From Chlorobiaceae bacterium (GTDB lineage Bacteria > Bacteroidota > Ignavibacteria > UBA10030 > SZUA-254): 64,000 nucleotides of DNA. The translations under genes and the position numbers were made by a program. This document shows positions 39,875-49,762 of this stretch, in pieces; the first letter of the stretch is position 1; each line of letters starts with the position of its first letter. The DNA is taken from NCBI GenBank assembly GCA_013824245.1, contig PNNN01000051.1:53415-117414 (forward strand). Direction: 5' to 3'. The notes below the pieces were generated by a model. That model saw only the letters and a list, made by a program, of their open reading frames with translations. It was not told where the DNA came from and did no database searches.

Positions 39875-40459
39875 ATGAAATCAACTACTGTTATTAAAAG
39901 TAAAAAAGAAACAATTAATAGTCACAATAAGTCGGAATTAATAAAAAACAGAATTCCCGTGCAATTGATGGATCCAATTGATATATTGATGAAGGAACAC
40001 GAGATGGGATTGGAACAACTTGAGATTATAGCTCGTGCTGCAGAATCTATACAAATGCATGGGTTTTCCGGCAAAGCATTTCTAGAAATTGCTCATTCAA
40101 CTCGTGTAATAGATACTGAGATGCGGTGGCACAATGAGAAAGAAGAAAAATACCTTTTCACCCTTTTGGATAAACATGTATTTGAATCGCCTCATGTATT
40201 AAGACATAACCGCCGTGAGATGTGGCAGGCTTTCAATGAACTGATGATGTCGGTTAAGGATGTCGAGGAAGGACGGATCCACGGAACAACTATACACGAA
40301 TTAATTCATTCGGCTGAGATGGTTGTTGAGCGATTTCGAAAGCAAATAGAAAAAGAAAACACAATTATTTTTCCTATAGTGAGGCGGGTACTGACCAACG
40401 ACGAATATGAACAGCTTCGACACGATATATGCGGTGTGGTTCAGGATCATCAAAGATAA
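39875..40459 (+). CDS. Hemerythrin-like (HHE) domain protein with a partly degenerate metal site
   Basis: PIDILMKEH, WHNEKEEKYLF and IEKENTIIFP motifs; start moved to the ATG at 39875. Confidence 0.75.
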   Translation: MKSTTVIKSKKETINSHNKSELIKNRIPVQLMDPIDILMKEHEMGLEQLEIIARAAESIQMHGFSGKAFLEIAHSTRVIDTEMRWHNEKEEKYLFTLLDKHVFESPHVLRHNRREMWQAFNELMMSVKDVEEGRIHGTTIHELIHSAEMVVERFRKQIEKENTIIFPIVRRVLTNDEYEQLRHDICGVVQDHQR

Positions 40460-40523
40460 AACTCGAAGTTGTATATAATAAATTTTTTTTGTAATACTAA
40501 CGTTAATAATAATTGGAGAACCT

Positions 40524-41381
40524 ATGTATCCGATAGTAGCGAAGGAAATTCTTTCACCTACAATCACAAAATACGAAATAAAAGCACCGTTCATTGCAAA
40601 GAAGCGCAAAGCCGGAAACTTTGTCATGCTTCGCATTGTTGAAGATGGTGAACGTATCCCAATCACGCTGGTCGATAGCGATTCGAATGCAGGCACTATA
40701 ACATTAATTGTTCAAGCCATCGGAAAAACAACCAAGCTGCTTGCAACCAAAAATGTTGGCGATAGCATTTTGGATGTTGTTGGACCTTTGGGCGTTCCGA
40801 CACCGATTGAATTACACGGACAAGTCGTTTGTATCGGCGGTGGTGTAGGAACAGCAGAAGTATATCCAATAGCACGCGCATTGAAAGATGCTGGCAATAC
40901 AATCTTCAGCATTGTTGGCGCAAGATCTAAGGACTTGATTATACTAGAAAAAGAAATGGGACAGATATCAAAAGAAATTTATGTTACAACCGACGACGGT
41001 TCTTATGGCAGGAAGGGTATCGTTACCGATCCATTGAAAGATTTGCTTGATGCAAATAAAGATATTCATGCCGTTTATGCGATTGGTCCACTGCCGATGA
41101 TGAAAGCAGTTGCAAATCTAACAAAGACATACGGCACTAAAACTTTAGTCAGCTTGAATGCTATCATGGTAGATGGAACCGGTATGTGCGGTGGGTGCCG
41201 TGTTTCGATTGGTGGGAAAATGAAATTTGCTTGTGTTGATGGACCTGAATTCGATGCTCACCTTGTTGATTTTGATGAATTAATAATGAGAAACAGAACA
41301 TATGTTGATCTTGAAAAAATTGCAGATGAACGTTGTAAACTCACACCATCCATCGTTGCGTTGGCAGGAGGTGTGAAATGA
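40524..41381 (+). CDS. nfnA: Electron-bifurcating transhydrogenase small subunit (NfnA/SudB)
   Basis: GERIPITL, GPLG.P, GGGVG, TTDDGSYG and MVDGTGMCGGCRV...CVDGPEF motifs. Confidence 0.92.
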   Translation: MYPIVAKEILSPTITKYEIKAPFIAKKRKAGNFVMLRIVEDGERIPITLVDSDSNAGTITLIVQAIGKTTKLLATKNVGDSILDVVGPLGVPTPIELHGQVVCIGGGVGTAEVYPIARALKDAGNTIFSIVGARSKDLIILEKEMGQISKEIYVTTDDGSYGRKGIVTDPLKDLLDANKDIHAVYAIGPLPMMKAVANLTKTYGTKTLVSLNAIMVDGTGMCGGCRVSIGGKMKFACVDGPEFDAHLVDFDELIMRNRTYVDLEKIADERCKLTPSIVALAGGVK

Positions 41382-42823
41382 ATTACGTCAATCCAATGAA
41401 ACCATCCGAGAGGATGAAGCTACCACGCCAAGCTTCAATCGAACAGATAGCAGAAGAAAGAAATAAAAATTTCAACGAGGTATCGGCAGGGTTAGATGAA
41501 GCACGAGCTTTGATAGAAGCTGCCCGCTGCCTCGAATGTAAAAATCCAGTTTGCATCGAAGGTTGTCCGGTTACTATCGACATTCGCACTTTCATCCAGT
41601 TAATATATAAAAAAGATTATATTGGTGCGGCAAATAAAATTCGTGAAGCAAACTATTTGCCGGCAATATGCGGACGCGTTTGCCCGCAGGAAACTCAATG
41701 TGAAATTGTTTGTACACTTGGAAAAAAATACGAACCTGTTGCCATCGGTAAGTTAGAACGCTTCGTTGCTGATTATGAGATAACTCATAACCTATTTGTT
41801 CCACCGGTAATAACAAACCATATTGATAAGAAGGTTGCCGTAGTGGGTTCTGGACCTGCTGGTATAACTTGCGCTGCCGAACTTGCAAAGATAGGTTATA
41901 AAGTTACAATCTTCGAAGCACTGCATGGTCTTGGTGGTGTATTGCGATACGGTATCCCCGAATTTCGTTTACCACGAGAAATTCTTGATACCGAAATGGA
42001 GCGTGTACGTCAATTGGGTGTCGAGATTTATAAAAATTTTGTCGTTGGTCGGACAGCATCAATTGACGAATTATTCAACGAATGGGGTTTCGAAGCGATA
42101 TTTCTTGGCACTGGAGCGGGTACTCCAACATTTATGGGTATCCCCGGTGAAAGTTTAAGTGGTGTCTATTCGGCGAATGAATACCTTACTCGTATAAATC
42201 TAATGAAAGCTTATCAATTTCCTGATTCTGATACCCCAATTAAAGTTGGTAAAGAAGTTGCCGTTATTGGTGGTGGAAATACAGCAATGGATGCTGTTAG
42301 AACCTCGCTCCGACTTGGTGCTAAGAAGGCATATCTGATTTATCGCCGTTCACGAAAAGAAATGCCTGCGCGCGAAGAGGAAGTTCACCATGCAGAACAA
42401 GAAGGTGTTGAATTTATGATGCTTACAAATCCAACCCGCATTATTGCAGATGGAAATAATTGGGTTTCAGGTATTGAATGCCAGAAGATGGAATTAGGTG
42501 AGCCAGATGAATCAGGAAGACGGAAGCCAATAGCTATCAAAGGATCTGAGTTTATCGTGCCGGTTCAAACTGTAATCGAGGCAGTTGGTCAAAAACCCAA
42601 TCCAATCATCCAAACAACTACCGATGGTCTCAATGTCAGCAAATGGGGAACAATCGTAGTAAATGATGTACAGCTAACGAGTCGGGAAGGAATTTTTGCT
42701 GGGGGTGATTTGACCCGTGGCGGAGCGACAGTTATTCTTGCTATGCGTGATGGTAAAATCGCTGCCGAAGCAATTCATAAATATCTTTCTGAAAAACCAG
42801 ATGCCGATACTAAAGTGAAATAA
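41378..42823 (+). CDS. nfnB: Electron-bifurcating transhydrogenase large subunit (NfnB/SudA, GltD-like)
   Basis: EAARCLECKNPVCIEGCPV, CGRVCPQETQCE, GSGPAG, GGGNTAMD and YRRS motifs; overlaps the nfnA stop. Confidence 0.92.
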   Translation: MNYVNPMKPSERMKLPRQASIEQIAEERNKNFNEVSAGLDEARALIEAARCLECKNPVCIEGCPVTIDIRTFIQLIYKKDYIGAANKIREANYLPAICGRVCPQETQCEIVCTLGKKYEPVAIGKLERFVADYEITHNLFVPPVITNHIDKKVAVVGSGPAGITCAAELAKIGYKVTIFEALHGLGGVLRYGIPEFRLPREILDTEMERVRQLGVEIYKNFVVGRTASIDELFNEWGFEAIFLGTGAGTPTFMGIPGESLSGVYSANEYLTRINLMKAYQFPDSDTPIKVGKEVAVIGGGNTAMDAVRTSLRLGAKKAYLIYRRSRKEMPAREEEVHHAEQEGVEFMMLTNPTRIIADGNNWVSGIECQKMELGEPDESGRRKPIAIKGSEFIVPVQTVIEAVGQKPNPIIQTTTDGLNVSKWGTIVVNDVQLTSREGIFAGGDLTRGGATVILAMRDGKIAAEAIHKYLSEKPDADTKVK

Positions 42824-42833
42824 AGAACTGTTT

Positions 42834-43895
42834 ATGTCTGAGCAGCATTCGATTCTAATTATTAACCCAGGTTCAACTTCCACGAAGATTGCACACAGCA
42901 TCGATGGAACAATAGTTGAAAGAGACACGATACAACACACGGTAGAGGAGATTCGTAAATATAAAACACTATGGGATCAATTCCCATATCGGCTTAAGTT
43001 GTGTGAACAGTGGGCGACTGAACGAATTACGGAATGTTCGGCAGTCGTCTCGATGGGCGGGCTGCTGCGTTCGGTAGAAGGGGGTACTTACCTTGTAAAC
43101 GAAAAGATGCTTAACGATGCACGCGCAAATCTTCAAGGAGAACATGCTTCCAATTTAGGGTGCGCACTTGCACAAACTATATCATCGAAGTATAATTGTC
43201 CCGCATATATTGTCGATCCTGTTTCAGTAGATGAGTTTGAACCACTTGCATATTATTCGGGTCATCCGAAAATCAAGCGAAGAAGCTTATCGCACGCACT
43301 AAATATTCATGCAGCAGCAAGACGTGCAGCAGAAGAATTAAAGTTGCCGTTGAGTCATTCGTCATTTGTCATTTGTCATTTGGGCGGCGGAATTTCTATT
43401 GCCCCTGTTCGGTCGGGGAAAATAATCGATGTCAATGATGCATCAAGTGATGGTCCATTTTCACCTGAGCGGACCGGTGGTTTACCTCTTCAACCGTTTA
43501 TTTCCCTTTGCTTCTCTAAAGAATTCAATGAGACAGACATCAGAAAATTGGTAATGGGTAAAGGCGGACTTGTTGCTTACCTTGGTACGAATTCAGTTGT
43601 TGAAGTTGAAAAGCGTATTGAGAATGGAGACATGGAAGCATTGAATGTGTACCAGGCAATGGCGTATCAGATTTCGAAAGAGATTGGTGCAATGGCAGCG
43701 GTTCTTTCAGGCAAGATGAATGCAATAGTGTTAACGGGTGGTATCGCGCATTCAAAAATTCTTATATCATGGATAATCGACCGAGTGCAATTCATCAGTC
43801 GGGTGCTCGTTTTCCCCGGCGAAGATGAAATGCTGGCGTTGGCTCAGGCAGGTCTGCGGGTCTTGAATCAATTGGAACAAGCAAAGGAGTATTAG
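42834..43895 (+). CDS. buk: Butyrate/branched-chain carboxylate kinase
   Basis: INPGSTSTK, HASNLG, DPVSVDE, HALN, HLGGGIS, GPFSPER and PGEDEM motifs. Confidence 0.95.
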   Translation: MSEQHSILIINPGSTSTKIAHSIDGTIVERDTIQHTVEEIRKYKTLWDQFPYRLKLCEQWATERITECSAVVSMGGLLRSVEGGTYLVNEKMLNDARANLQGEHASNLGCALAQTISSKYNCPAYIVDPVSVDEFEPLAYYSGHPKIKRRSLSHALNIHAAARRAAEELKLPLSHSSFVICHLGGGISIAPVRSGKIIDVNDASSDGPFSPERTGGLPLQPFISLCFSKEFNETDIRKLVMGKGGLVAYLGTNSVVEVEKRIENGDMEALNVYQAMAYQISKEIGAMAAVLSGKMNAIVLTGGIAHSKILISWIIDRVQFISRVLVFPGEDEMLALAQAGLRVLNQLEQAKEY

Positions 43896-43897
43896 TT

Positions 43898-44812
43898 ATG
43901 ATAAAAAACTTTGAAGAACTAATTAATGCCGCACAACAAATTAAAAACAAAAAAGTTGTTGTTGTGTTTCCCAATAACGAAGAAACTTTATCGGCTGTAA
44001 ATCAAGCATGTGAAGAAGGAATAGCGAATTTTATTCTTGTAGGTAATGAAGAAATTATTCGTAAGAAATTCTTGAGCCGTGTACCGAAGGGTGTTGAAAT
44101 AATTAATGATCCGGAAGTTAACCGGGCGCTTGAAAAATCGATTGAATTAATTCGCCGTGGAGAAGGTGATATTCTACTGAAGGGTGGAGTCGATACGGGA
44201 ACGCTAATGAAAGCTGTATTGCAAGATGAATCTGGAATCCGATCCGGACGGCTGCTATCAGATGTTTTCATTTTTGAATATCCCTCACGAATTGGAAACA
44301 AACTAATCATGATCACTGATGGGGGATTGACGCTTGTCCCTAATTTAAAAGAAAAAGTTGAGTTGATAAATAATGCTGTGGAAGTTGCACACGCTTTGGG
44401 CAACGCAAATCCCAAAGTTGCAGTTCTCTCAGCAACAGAGTTTGTGAATCCTAAGCTTCAATCTACGGTTGATGCGGCAGAGCTTACAAGAATGAATGAA
44501 AGCGGTCAAATTAAAGGATGTACAGTGCACGGACCGCTCGCCCTAGACAACGCTGTTTCTGTTGAAGCTGCCGAAGAAAAGGGGATTAAGTCACCGGTTG
44601 CCGGGAATGCCGAAATTCTCATCCTACCGAACATCGAAGCGGCAAACATATTCGCCAAAGGTACAACATATTTTGCGGGTTATCGGCTGGCGCATGTGAT
44701 AATTGGAGGGAGAATACCGATATTAATTCCATCGCGAGCCGACAAAAGCGATGCAAAAATGCTTTCCATTGCTCTTGGAAAGATTATGTGTGAATATTAT
44801 ACTCGCAAATAA
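43898..44812 (+). CDS. ptb: Phosphate butyryltransferase
   Basis: LLKG.VDT, ITDGG, PKVAVLSA.E, GPLALDNA and SRAD motifs; adjacent to buk. Confidence 0.92.
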   Translation: MIKNFEELINAAQQIKNKKVVVVFPNNEETLSAVNQACEEGIANFILVGNEEIIRKKFLSRVPKGVEIINDPEVNRALEKSIELIRRGEGDILLKGGVDTGTLMKAVLQDESGIRSGRLLSDVFIFEYPSRIGNKLIMITDGGLTLVPNLKEKVELINNAVEVAHALGNANPKVAVLSATEFVNPKLQSTVDAAELTRMNESGQIKGCTVHGPLALDNAVSVEAAEEKGIKSPVAGNAEILILPNIEAANIFAKGTTYFAGYRLAHVIIGGRIPILIPSRADKSDAKMLSIALGKIMCEYYTRK

Positions 44813-44818
44813 TTTTCG

Positions 44819-44847
44819 TTGACTTTCATCCAACTCCTTCTTATCTT
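44819..44847 (+). promoter_or_regulatory. Sigma70-type promoter
   Basis: TTGACT-17 nt-TATCTT. Confidence 0.6.
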
Positions 44848-44854
44848 TAATTAA

Positions 44855-45012
44855 AGAATCTCGTGATCGACATAGACAGAATTCCTGAACTTATGCGGCG
44901 CGCGAGATAATACCCCGGAACGAAAACAGCAGCGCCAGCGCTCAATTTCGCTCATTCTTCAAATCTCAATTCCTGTTCAGGTATCCTTTCTATCTATAAT
45001 TCGATTGCGGAA
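44855..45012 (+). ncRNA. Candidate ~155 nt rod-shaped structured RNA (6S-like or 5' leader)
   Basis: Ends pair over an extended interrupted stem (UCGUGAUCGA/UCGAUUGCGG, AUAGA/UCUAU, AGAA/UUCU, CCUGAAC/GUUCAGG), then a bubble and an inner GCGAGAU/AUUUCGC stem; has its own promoter. Confidence 0.5.
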
Positions 45013-45059
45013 AAATATTATTCAAGGTTAACGGTGTTTTCATTTATATGGAGGGTGTT

Positions 45060-45251
45060 ATGGTAAAAAGGGATATACATAAAGGACAAAATAGGTTGGT
45101 AACTCAACCCAACATTTTTCGGTCTCTTCAGAAATTGGAGAAAAATATTCCTGAAACGGTTTTGCAAAAGAAAATCGATCGTTTACAGCGTTCACTTGCC
45201 CAGCGTGAGAGTGAAGTATGGACACTGAGACAACTTCTGCTTTACCGTTAG
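45060..45251 (+). CDS. Small coiled-coil hypothetical protein
   Basis: GGAGGG SD before the ATG at 45060; heptad pattern LQKKIDRLQRSLAQRESEVWTLRQLL. Confidence 0.55.
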   Translation: MVKRDIHKGQNRLVTQPNIFRSLQKLEKNIPETVLQKKIDRLQRSLAQRESEVWTLRQLLLYR

Positions 45252-45364
45252 CGGTTTGTTGAAATAAATTTTATTATCACATTATGGAATAATGATTTTT
45301 CCGATATCGTGGGAGATATTTTTATAATTTACAGCTATAATACTAATTTTTATCATCCAATCAG

Positions 45365-46120
45365 TTAAGGTTTTTCTGCGATTAACACAATATCCCGCGA
45401 ACTATTAGCGCGATATCCCAACAGATCGATTCCACCATAAGATTGTTGTTTTATGAAGCCCGACTTCGAAGCGATATCCATTAATTTCTCTTGATATATA
45501 GGATAATGAATTATAGAATTGAATATGTGTGATGATGCTTTATTCGCGGGATGGTGAATTGTCAATATGTTAAAGCGGAATGTCTTTTTATAAAAATCGT
45601 AATAACGAATGCTGGTAAATTCTTTAGAATTTCTGACATTCTGAATCCTTTCACCTTCATGTAAAATTCGGTTGTAATTTAATATTTGAAATACAATTAT
45701 TCCACCTGGGTGTAACATCTGGAAAAATATTTTAAATGTATTATGCAACGATTTAGGTGGTATGTGAGGCAATGAGTTACCCAAACAAAAGATAGCATCA
45801 AATTTACATTCAATCAATTTGTGAATTGAAAGAAAATCCGATTGAACGGTTTTTATTTTAAGGTGCATTTCGCGTGCATGTTTCCGGGCTTGCTTAAGCA
45901 TTTTAGGGGAAATATCGACCGCGGTAACATCAATACCAAGTGAAGCGAGCAAGAGCGAATGGAAACCTGTGCCGGCACCGGCGTCGAGTGCAGATGAGAT
46001 TTTATATTTTTCTATAATCGATTTAAAATATTTTTCTTCTTTCTTAAATCGCTCATCAAACGATGTCATTCCATCGTACGAGGATGCTAAGTTATCGTAA
46101 AATTGCTTAATTGCTTTCAT
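45365..46120 (-). CDS. Class I SAM-dependent methyltransferase
   Basis: LDAGAGTG, VDISPKML, FDAIFCLGNSLPH and LHPGG motifs. Confidence 0.92.
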   Translation of the reverse strand: MKAIKQFYDNLASSYDGMTSFDERFKKEEKYFKSIIEKYKISSALDAGAGTGFHSLLLASLGIDVTAVDISPKMLKQARKHAREMHLKIKTVQSDFLSIHKLIECKFDAIFCLGNSLPHIPPKSLHNTFKIFFQMLHPGGIIVFQILNYNRILHEGERIQNVRNSKEFTSIRYYDFYKKTFRFNILTIHHPANKASSHIFNSIIHYPIYQEKLMDIASKSGFIKQQSYGGIDLLGYRANSSRDIVLIAEKP

Positions 46121-46126
46121 AATAAA

Positions 46127-46921
46127 TCAATATATATCAATCTTACGCGTGCTGATAATATTTCCGCTGATTCCAAAGACTGAAATTTCAACTGGAATTT
46201 GTGCATTAGTAGCGAGGACCGCTTGTTTCGTTATCTGCAGTAACCCTGAACAGCAAGGAACTTCCATTACTAAAATTTTAATGCTGCGAGGATTCGATTG
46301 TTCGATTATCTTTTTAATTTTTTCAAAATATAAATGAGTATCATCAAGTTTGGGACAACCCACCGCGATTGGAAATTTGCTAAGATAATCATTGTGGAAA
46401 TTTCCGTATGCAAATGGAACACAATCGGCGACTAATGCAATATCTGCATTTTTGAAATATTGCGCATTTGGTGAAACAAGGTGAAGTTGTATGGGCCATT
46501 GCCGAAGTTGAGACTCGATGGAGTTGCTCGTTTGTGCACTGATTGGTTTTTGAATTACCATAGTTCGGCTTGAGGGACAACCGACAGGATGATGTTGATG
46601 GTTTGTATGTATCGCTTGTAACTTATCGTCATCCATATTAAGATGCAGGATGTGAGCATCTAATTTCTCCGGTGAATGTTGCCTGAGGTGCTCGATAACT
46701 CCTGTTTCATCGTATGCATCCGTTTCTGTTTCAATTATTGATAAGGCGTCACGTGGACATTCGCCAATGCAGGCACCAAGTCCATCGCAGAAGCTTTCTT
46801 TCACGATTTTCGCTTTACCATCTATTATTCGTAAGGCGCCTTCCGGACAAGATGTTATACATACAGCACATCCATCGCAAAGTGATTCATCGATTTGTAT
46901 AATTTTTCGTTTTACCATCAT
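46127..46921 (-). CDS. 4Fe-4S dicluster protein with an additional Cys-rich C-terminal domain
   Basis: CDGCAVCITSCPEGA, CDGLGACIGECP, GCPS, LRQWPIQL, ADC, GCPKLD and MEVPCCSG motifs. Confidence 0.88.
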   Translation of the reverse strand: MMVKRKIIQIDESLCDGCAVCITSCPEGALRIIDGKAKIVKESFCDGLGACIGECPRDALSIIETETDAYDETGVIEHLRQHSPEKLDAHILHLNMDDDKLQAIHTNHQHHPVGCPSSRTMVIQKPISAQTSNSIESQLRQWPIQLHLVSPNAQYFKNADIALVADCVPFAYGNFHNDYLSKFPIAVGCPKLDDTHLYFEKIKKIIEQSNPRSIKILVMEVPCCSGLLQITKQAVLATNAQIPVEISVFGISGNIISTRKIDIY

Positions 46922-46954
46922 AGTTCTTTCAATCTATTAAATATTTTTAAATTT

Positions 46955-48190
46955 TCAATCATTTGGTTGATACTCAGGTACTTGACCTCGATTGTGTTGA
47001 TAAAGCGGTGTATCGAGTTCCTTGAATCGTTTCTGATATTCAGCTTTCAAAATTTGATTATGCCAATTATTTGTGAGCATCGCAAGTCCGGTGATCGCCA
47101 CAAAAACGCCGATAATTAATATGCCAAAGATCCAGTTTGGTACATGTGTTTTGGTAATCGGTGTGCGGATATCAAGCGTATTTTTCACGGGGCAAACTTG
47201 CACGCAAGCGAGGCAGTTCATGCATTCATCGCTCCACACCTTATTAACTTTGTGTACTTTGATGTTCGAAGGGCATGCTTTGGTGCAAAGTTCGCAATCG
47301 ACACACGAAGTTTTGTTTCGAGTTATCTTTGTAGGACTTAACCAACTTAACGCGCCAAGCAGTGCACCGTATGGGCAGAGGTAGCGGCACCAAAAATTCT
47401 TAATGAAAAGTGAAAACATCATCAATATAATAATTGTCCAGAGCGAGAATGATGAGATGTTGGCGAAAAATAGAAACATTTTAATGTCAGCTACTTTATT
47501 ATATGGACTATAGATAAATTCCATAAGCGATTCGGTGTTCATTTGCCAGATCCAGTAAGCAAAGAAGAATAGAAGCAGATATTTAATTGACCGGAGAGGA
47601 TAATCGAGCCAGCGGTTCAAATTCAAATTTTTACCAAATATTTTCCTGCCCAGCATCCACAAGCTTTCGCTTAATGTGCCAACAGGACACAACCAGCCAC
47701 AAAAACTTTTTTTAAGGAGTATACTGATTGCGATAATAGCGATGAATATGAATAAACCGGACGGATGTACGTTATTGATTACTCCGGTTTGGAGCCAATA
47801 TTTTAAACTGATTAATGCGCTGATTGGTAAAAATCCTTCAACACCCGGTGGTCTTTCATAAAATGCCAGTTGGTTTTGGCTTAATCCCCATTTCATGAAC
47901 AAATAAAATTCGATCCCGATCCAAATACAGAGAAGTAAAAAAACTATTTGAACGGTTGATCGAAGAAATTGTGAGTCGGTTTTAAGTCTCAAAGCAAATC
48001 TTTTGTATATATTTTTTTCATCTCTGTAATTATATTTTTCTTTCCTCAGCTTAGGGTCTATTTTTTTTACACTAAAAATATTTGTATCGGGATCAATGGA
48101 TAATTCGTCTAATGAATTGGTGAGCATAAGACTGTCGGCAGGCGATTCACTTCTACCGTTGGTAATTGTTCGTTGTAATTCCATAGTCAA
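46955..48190 (-). CDS. Membrane 4Fe-4S protein (NapH/MauN/YccM-like)
   Basis: TM helices; FCGWLCPVG and WCRYLCPYG; two CxxCxxCxxxCP motifs. Start uncertain. Confidence 0.88.
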   Translation of the reverse strand: MTMELQRTITNGRSESPADSLMLTNSLDELSIDPDTNIFSVKKIDPKLRKEKYNYRDEKNIYKRFALRLKTDSQFLRSTVQIVFLLLCIWIGIEFYLFMKWGLSQNQLAFYERPPGVEGFLPISALISLKYWLQTGVINNVHPSGLFIFIAIIAISILLKKSFCGWLCPVGTLSESLWMLGRKIFGKNLNLNRWLDYPLRSIKYLLLFFFAYWIWQMNTESLMEFIYSPYNKVADIKMFLFFANISSFSLWTIIILMMFSLFIKNFWCRYLCPYGALLGALSWLSPTKITRNKTSCVDCELCTKACPSNIKVHKVNKVWSDECMNCLACVQVCPVKNTLDIRTPITKTHVPNWIFGILIIGVFVAITGLAMLTNNWHNQILKAEYQKRFKELDTPLYQHNRGQVPEYQPND

Positions 48191-48251
48191 TTTTTCTGGT
48201 GATATATTCAGAGTATTTAGTCTGATTATTAATTAAAAAAAGGTGTGGTTG

Positions 48252-48689
48252 TTAGATGGTCAAACTGTATTGTGGCTTTTTATTGTCGTCTGCCATTTCG
48301 AGTATATTTTTTGAAGCAAGCATATGATGAATTCTTTCGCGGATTATTTCCCACTGATCGTGGACAGCACAATGATCGTCATGGGTACAATTTGGAAAGC
48401 CCAAAACGCAACTATTTATTAAGGAGAGACCATCTATAGCTTCAACTATCTGAAGTATAGTGATATCTTTTGCAGGTACTGCTAAACCAAATCCACCCGC
48501 GGGACCCTTATGTGAAACCAAAAATCCTTTGCGTGTGAGGTCTTGGAGTATTTTCGCTACAAAATGGTAAGGAATATCAATACGTTTAGTTAACTCTCGT
48601 ATTGAAGTCATCTCATTTTGTGGTTTCAATGCCAGATACAGCACGGCTTGTAGTGCATATTCGCATTGCCTGCTAAAAAGTATACTCAT
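48252..48689 (-). CDS. Rrf2 family transcriptional regulator with Fe-S cysteines
   Basis: EYALQA, KILQDL, S.KGPAGGF and C-x6-C-x5-C motifs. Confidence 0.93.
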   Translation of the reverse strand: MSILFSRQCEYALQAVLYLALKPQNEMTSIRELTKRIDIPYHFVAKILQDLTRKGFLVSHKGPAGGFGLAVPAKDITILQIVEAIDGLSLINSCVLGFPNCTHDDHCAVHDQWEIIRERIHHMLASKNILEMADDNKKPQYSLTI

Positions 48690-48720
48690 TTTAAATTATC
48701 GGACTATTTAATAAAGTCTA

Positions 48721-49722
48721 TTATTTGTAGCTGTGAAGAGATTTCATATAATTCGCACGTTCAAATGCTGCCGGATCAGCCACAGATTTCTGGCTCATGC
48801 TTCCTTTAAGTTGTTGCACCGACACATATTCGTGTTCATCCATCCATCGTTCAACTTCGGTAAGGGTTTTTTTAATATGTTCTGGTCCATATTTAAGAAG
48901 GGCAGAGCACATCATTGTAACATCAGCTCCTGCCATTAACATCTTTAATACATCATCACCATTATGGATTCCGCTCGATGCGGCAAGGTTAGCTTTAATT
49001 TGTCCGTGCAATATTGCAATCCATCGCATCGGCAATCGCAATGCTTGCGGTGAACTTAAGATTACATTCGGTTCAATTTCAAGAGTCTCCAAATCAATAT
49101 CGGGCTGATAGAAACGATTAAAGAGAACTAATCCATCAATACCGATATTGTCGAATTTCCGTGCCATATTTGCCATAGTTGTAAAAAAGGCACTTAGTTT
49201 CACTGCTACTGGTATCGTAACGCTTTTCTTCACTGTCTTGACTACTTCTAAATATTTATTCTCGAGTTCTGTTGATGAAACATCTGGATTGGTTGGGATG
49301 TAATAGATGTTCAGTTCCAGTGCGTCGGCGCCGGCATCCTGAATTTTTTTTGCATACTCGATCCACCCGCCAACCGAAACTCCGTTTAGACTGCCGATGA
49401 TAGGAATCCCGAGCGTTTTTTTTGCTTTTTGTATATGTTCAAGATATTCTTCGGGTCCGGTATTATATTGCTGAATTTCAGGAAAATAAGTCAGCGCCTC
49501 GGCATAACTTTCGGTGCCATGCGATAAATAATGTAGAAGTTCTGAACGCTCGTGCGCAATCTGTTCTTCGAAAAGTGAGTACATTACGATTGCTGAGGCA
49601 CCCGCATCTTCAAGTTGTTTCATGCTGTCGAGTGAGTAAGAAAGCGGCGATGCTGATGGAACTATCGGGTTTTTTAGTTTTTTCCCTAGGTATGTTGTGG
49701 TCAGATCCATTTTTATTTCCAT
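48721..49722 (-). CDS. Dihydroorotate dehydrogenase-like flavoprotein
   Basis: [40 protein letters not shown] and FERANY motifs. Confidence 0.88.
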   Translation of the reverse strand: MEIKMDLTTTYLGKKLKNPIVPSASPLSYSLDSMKQLEDAGASAIVMYSLFEEQIAHERSELLHYLSHGTESYAEALTYFPEIQQYNTGPEEYLEHIQKAKKTLGIPIIGSLNGVSVGGWIEYAKKIQDAGADALELNIYYIPTNPDVSSTELENKYLEVVKTVKKSVTIPVAVKLSAFFTTMANMARKFDNIGIDGLVLFNRFYQPDIDLETLEIEPNVILSSPQALRLPMRWIAILHGQIKANLAASSGIHNGDDVLKMLMAGADVTMMCSALLKYGPEHIKKTLTEVERWMDEHEYVSVQQLKGSMSQKSVADPAAFERANYMKSLHSYK

Positions 49723-49762
49723 TCCTTCAATCTATAATATTATATTATTATCTAACGTAAAT

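Noticed and set aside
41378-42823. Glutamate synthase small subunit (gltD)
   Set aside because: No gltB nearby; the overlapping NfnA-type partner indicates NfnB.
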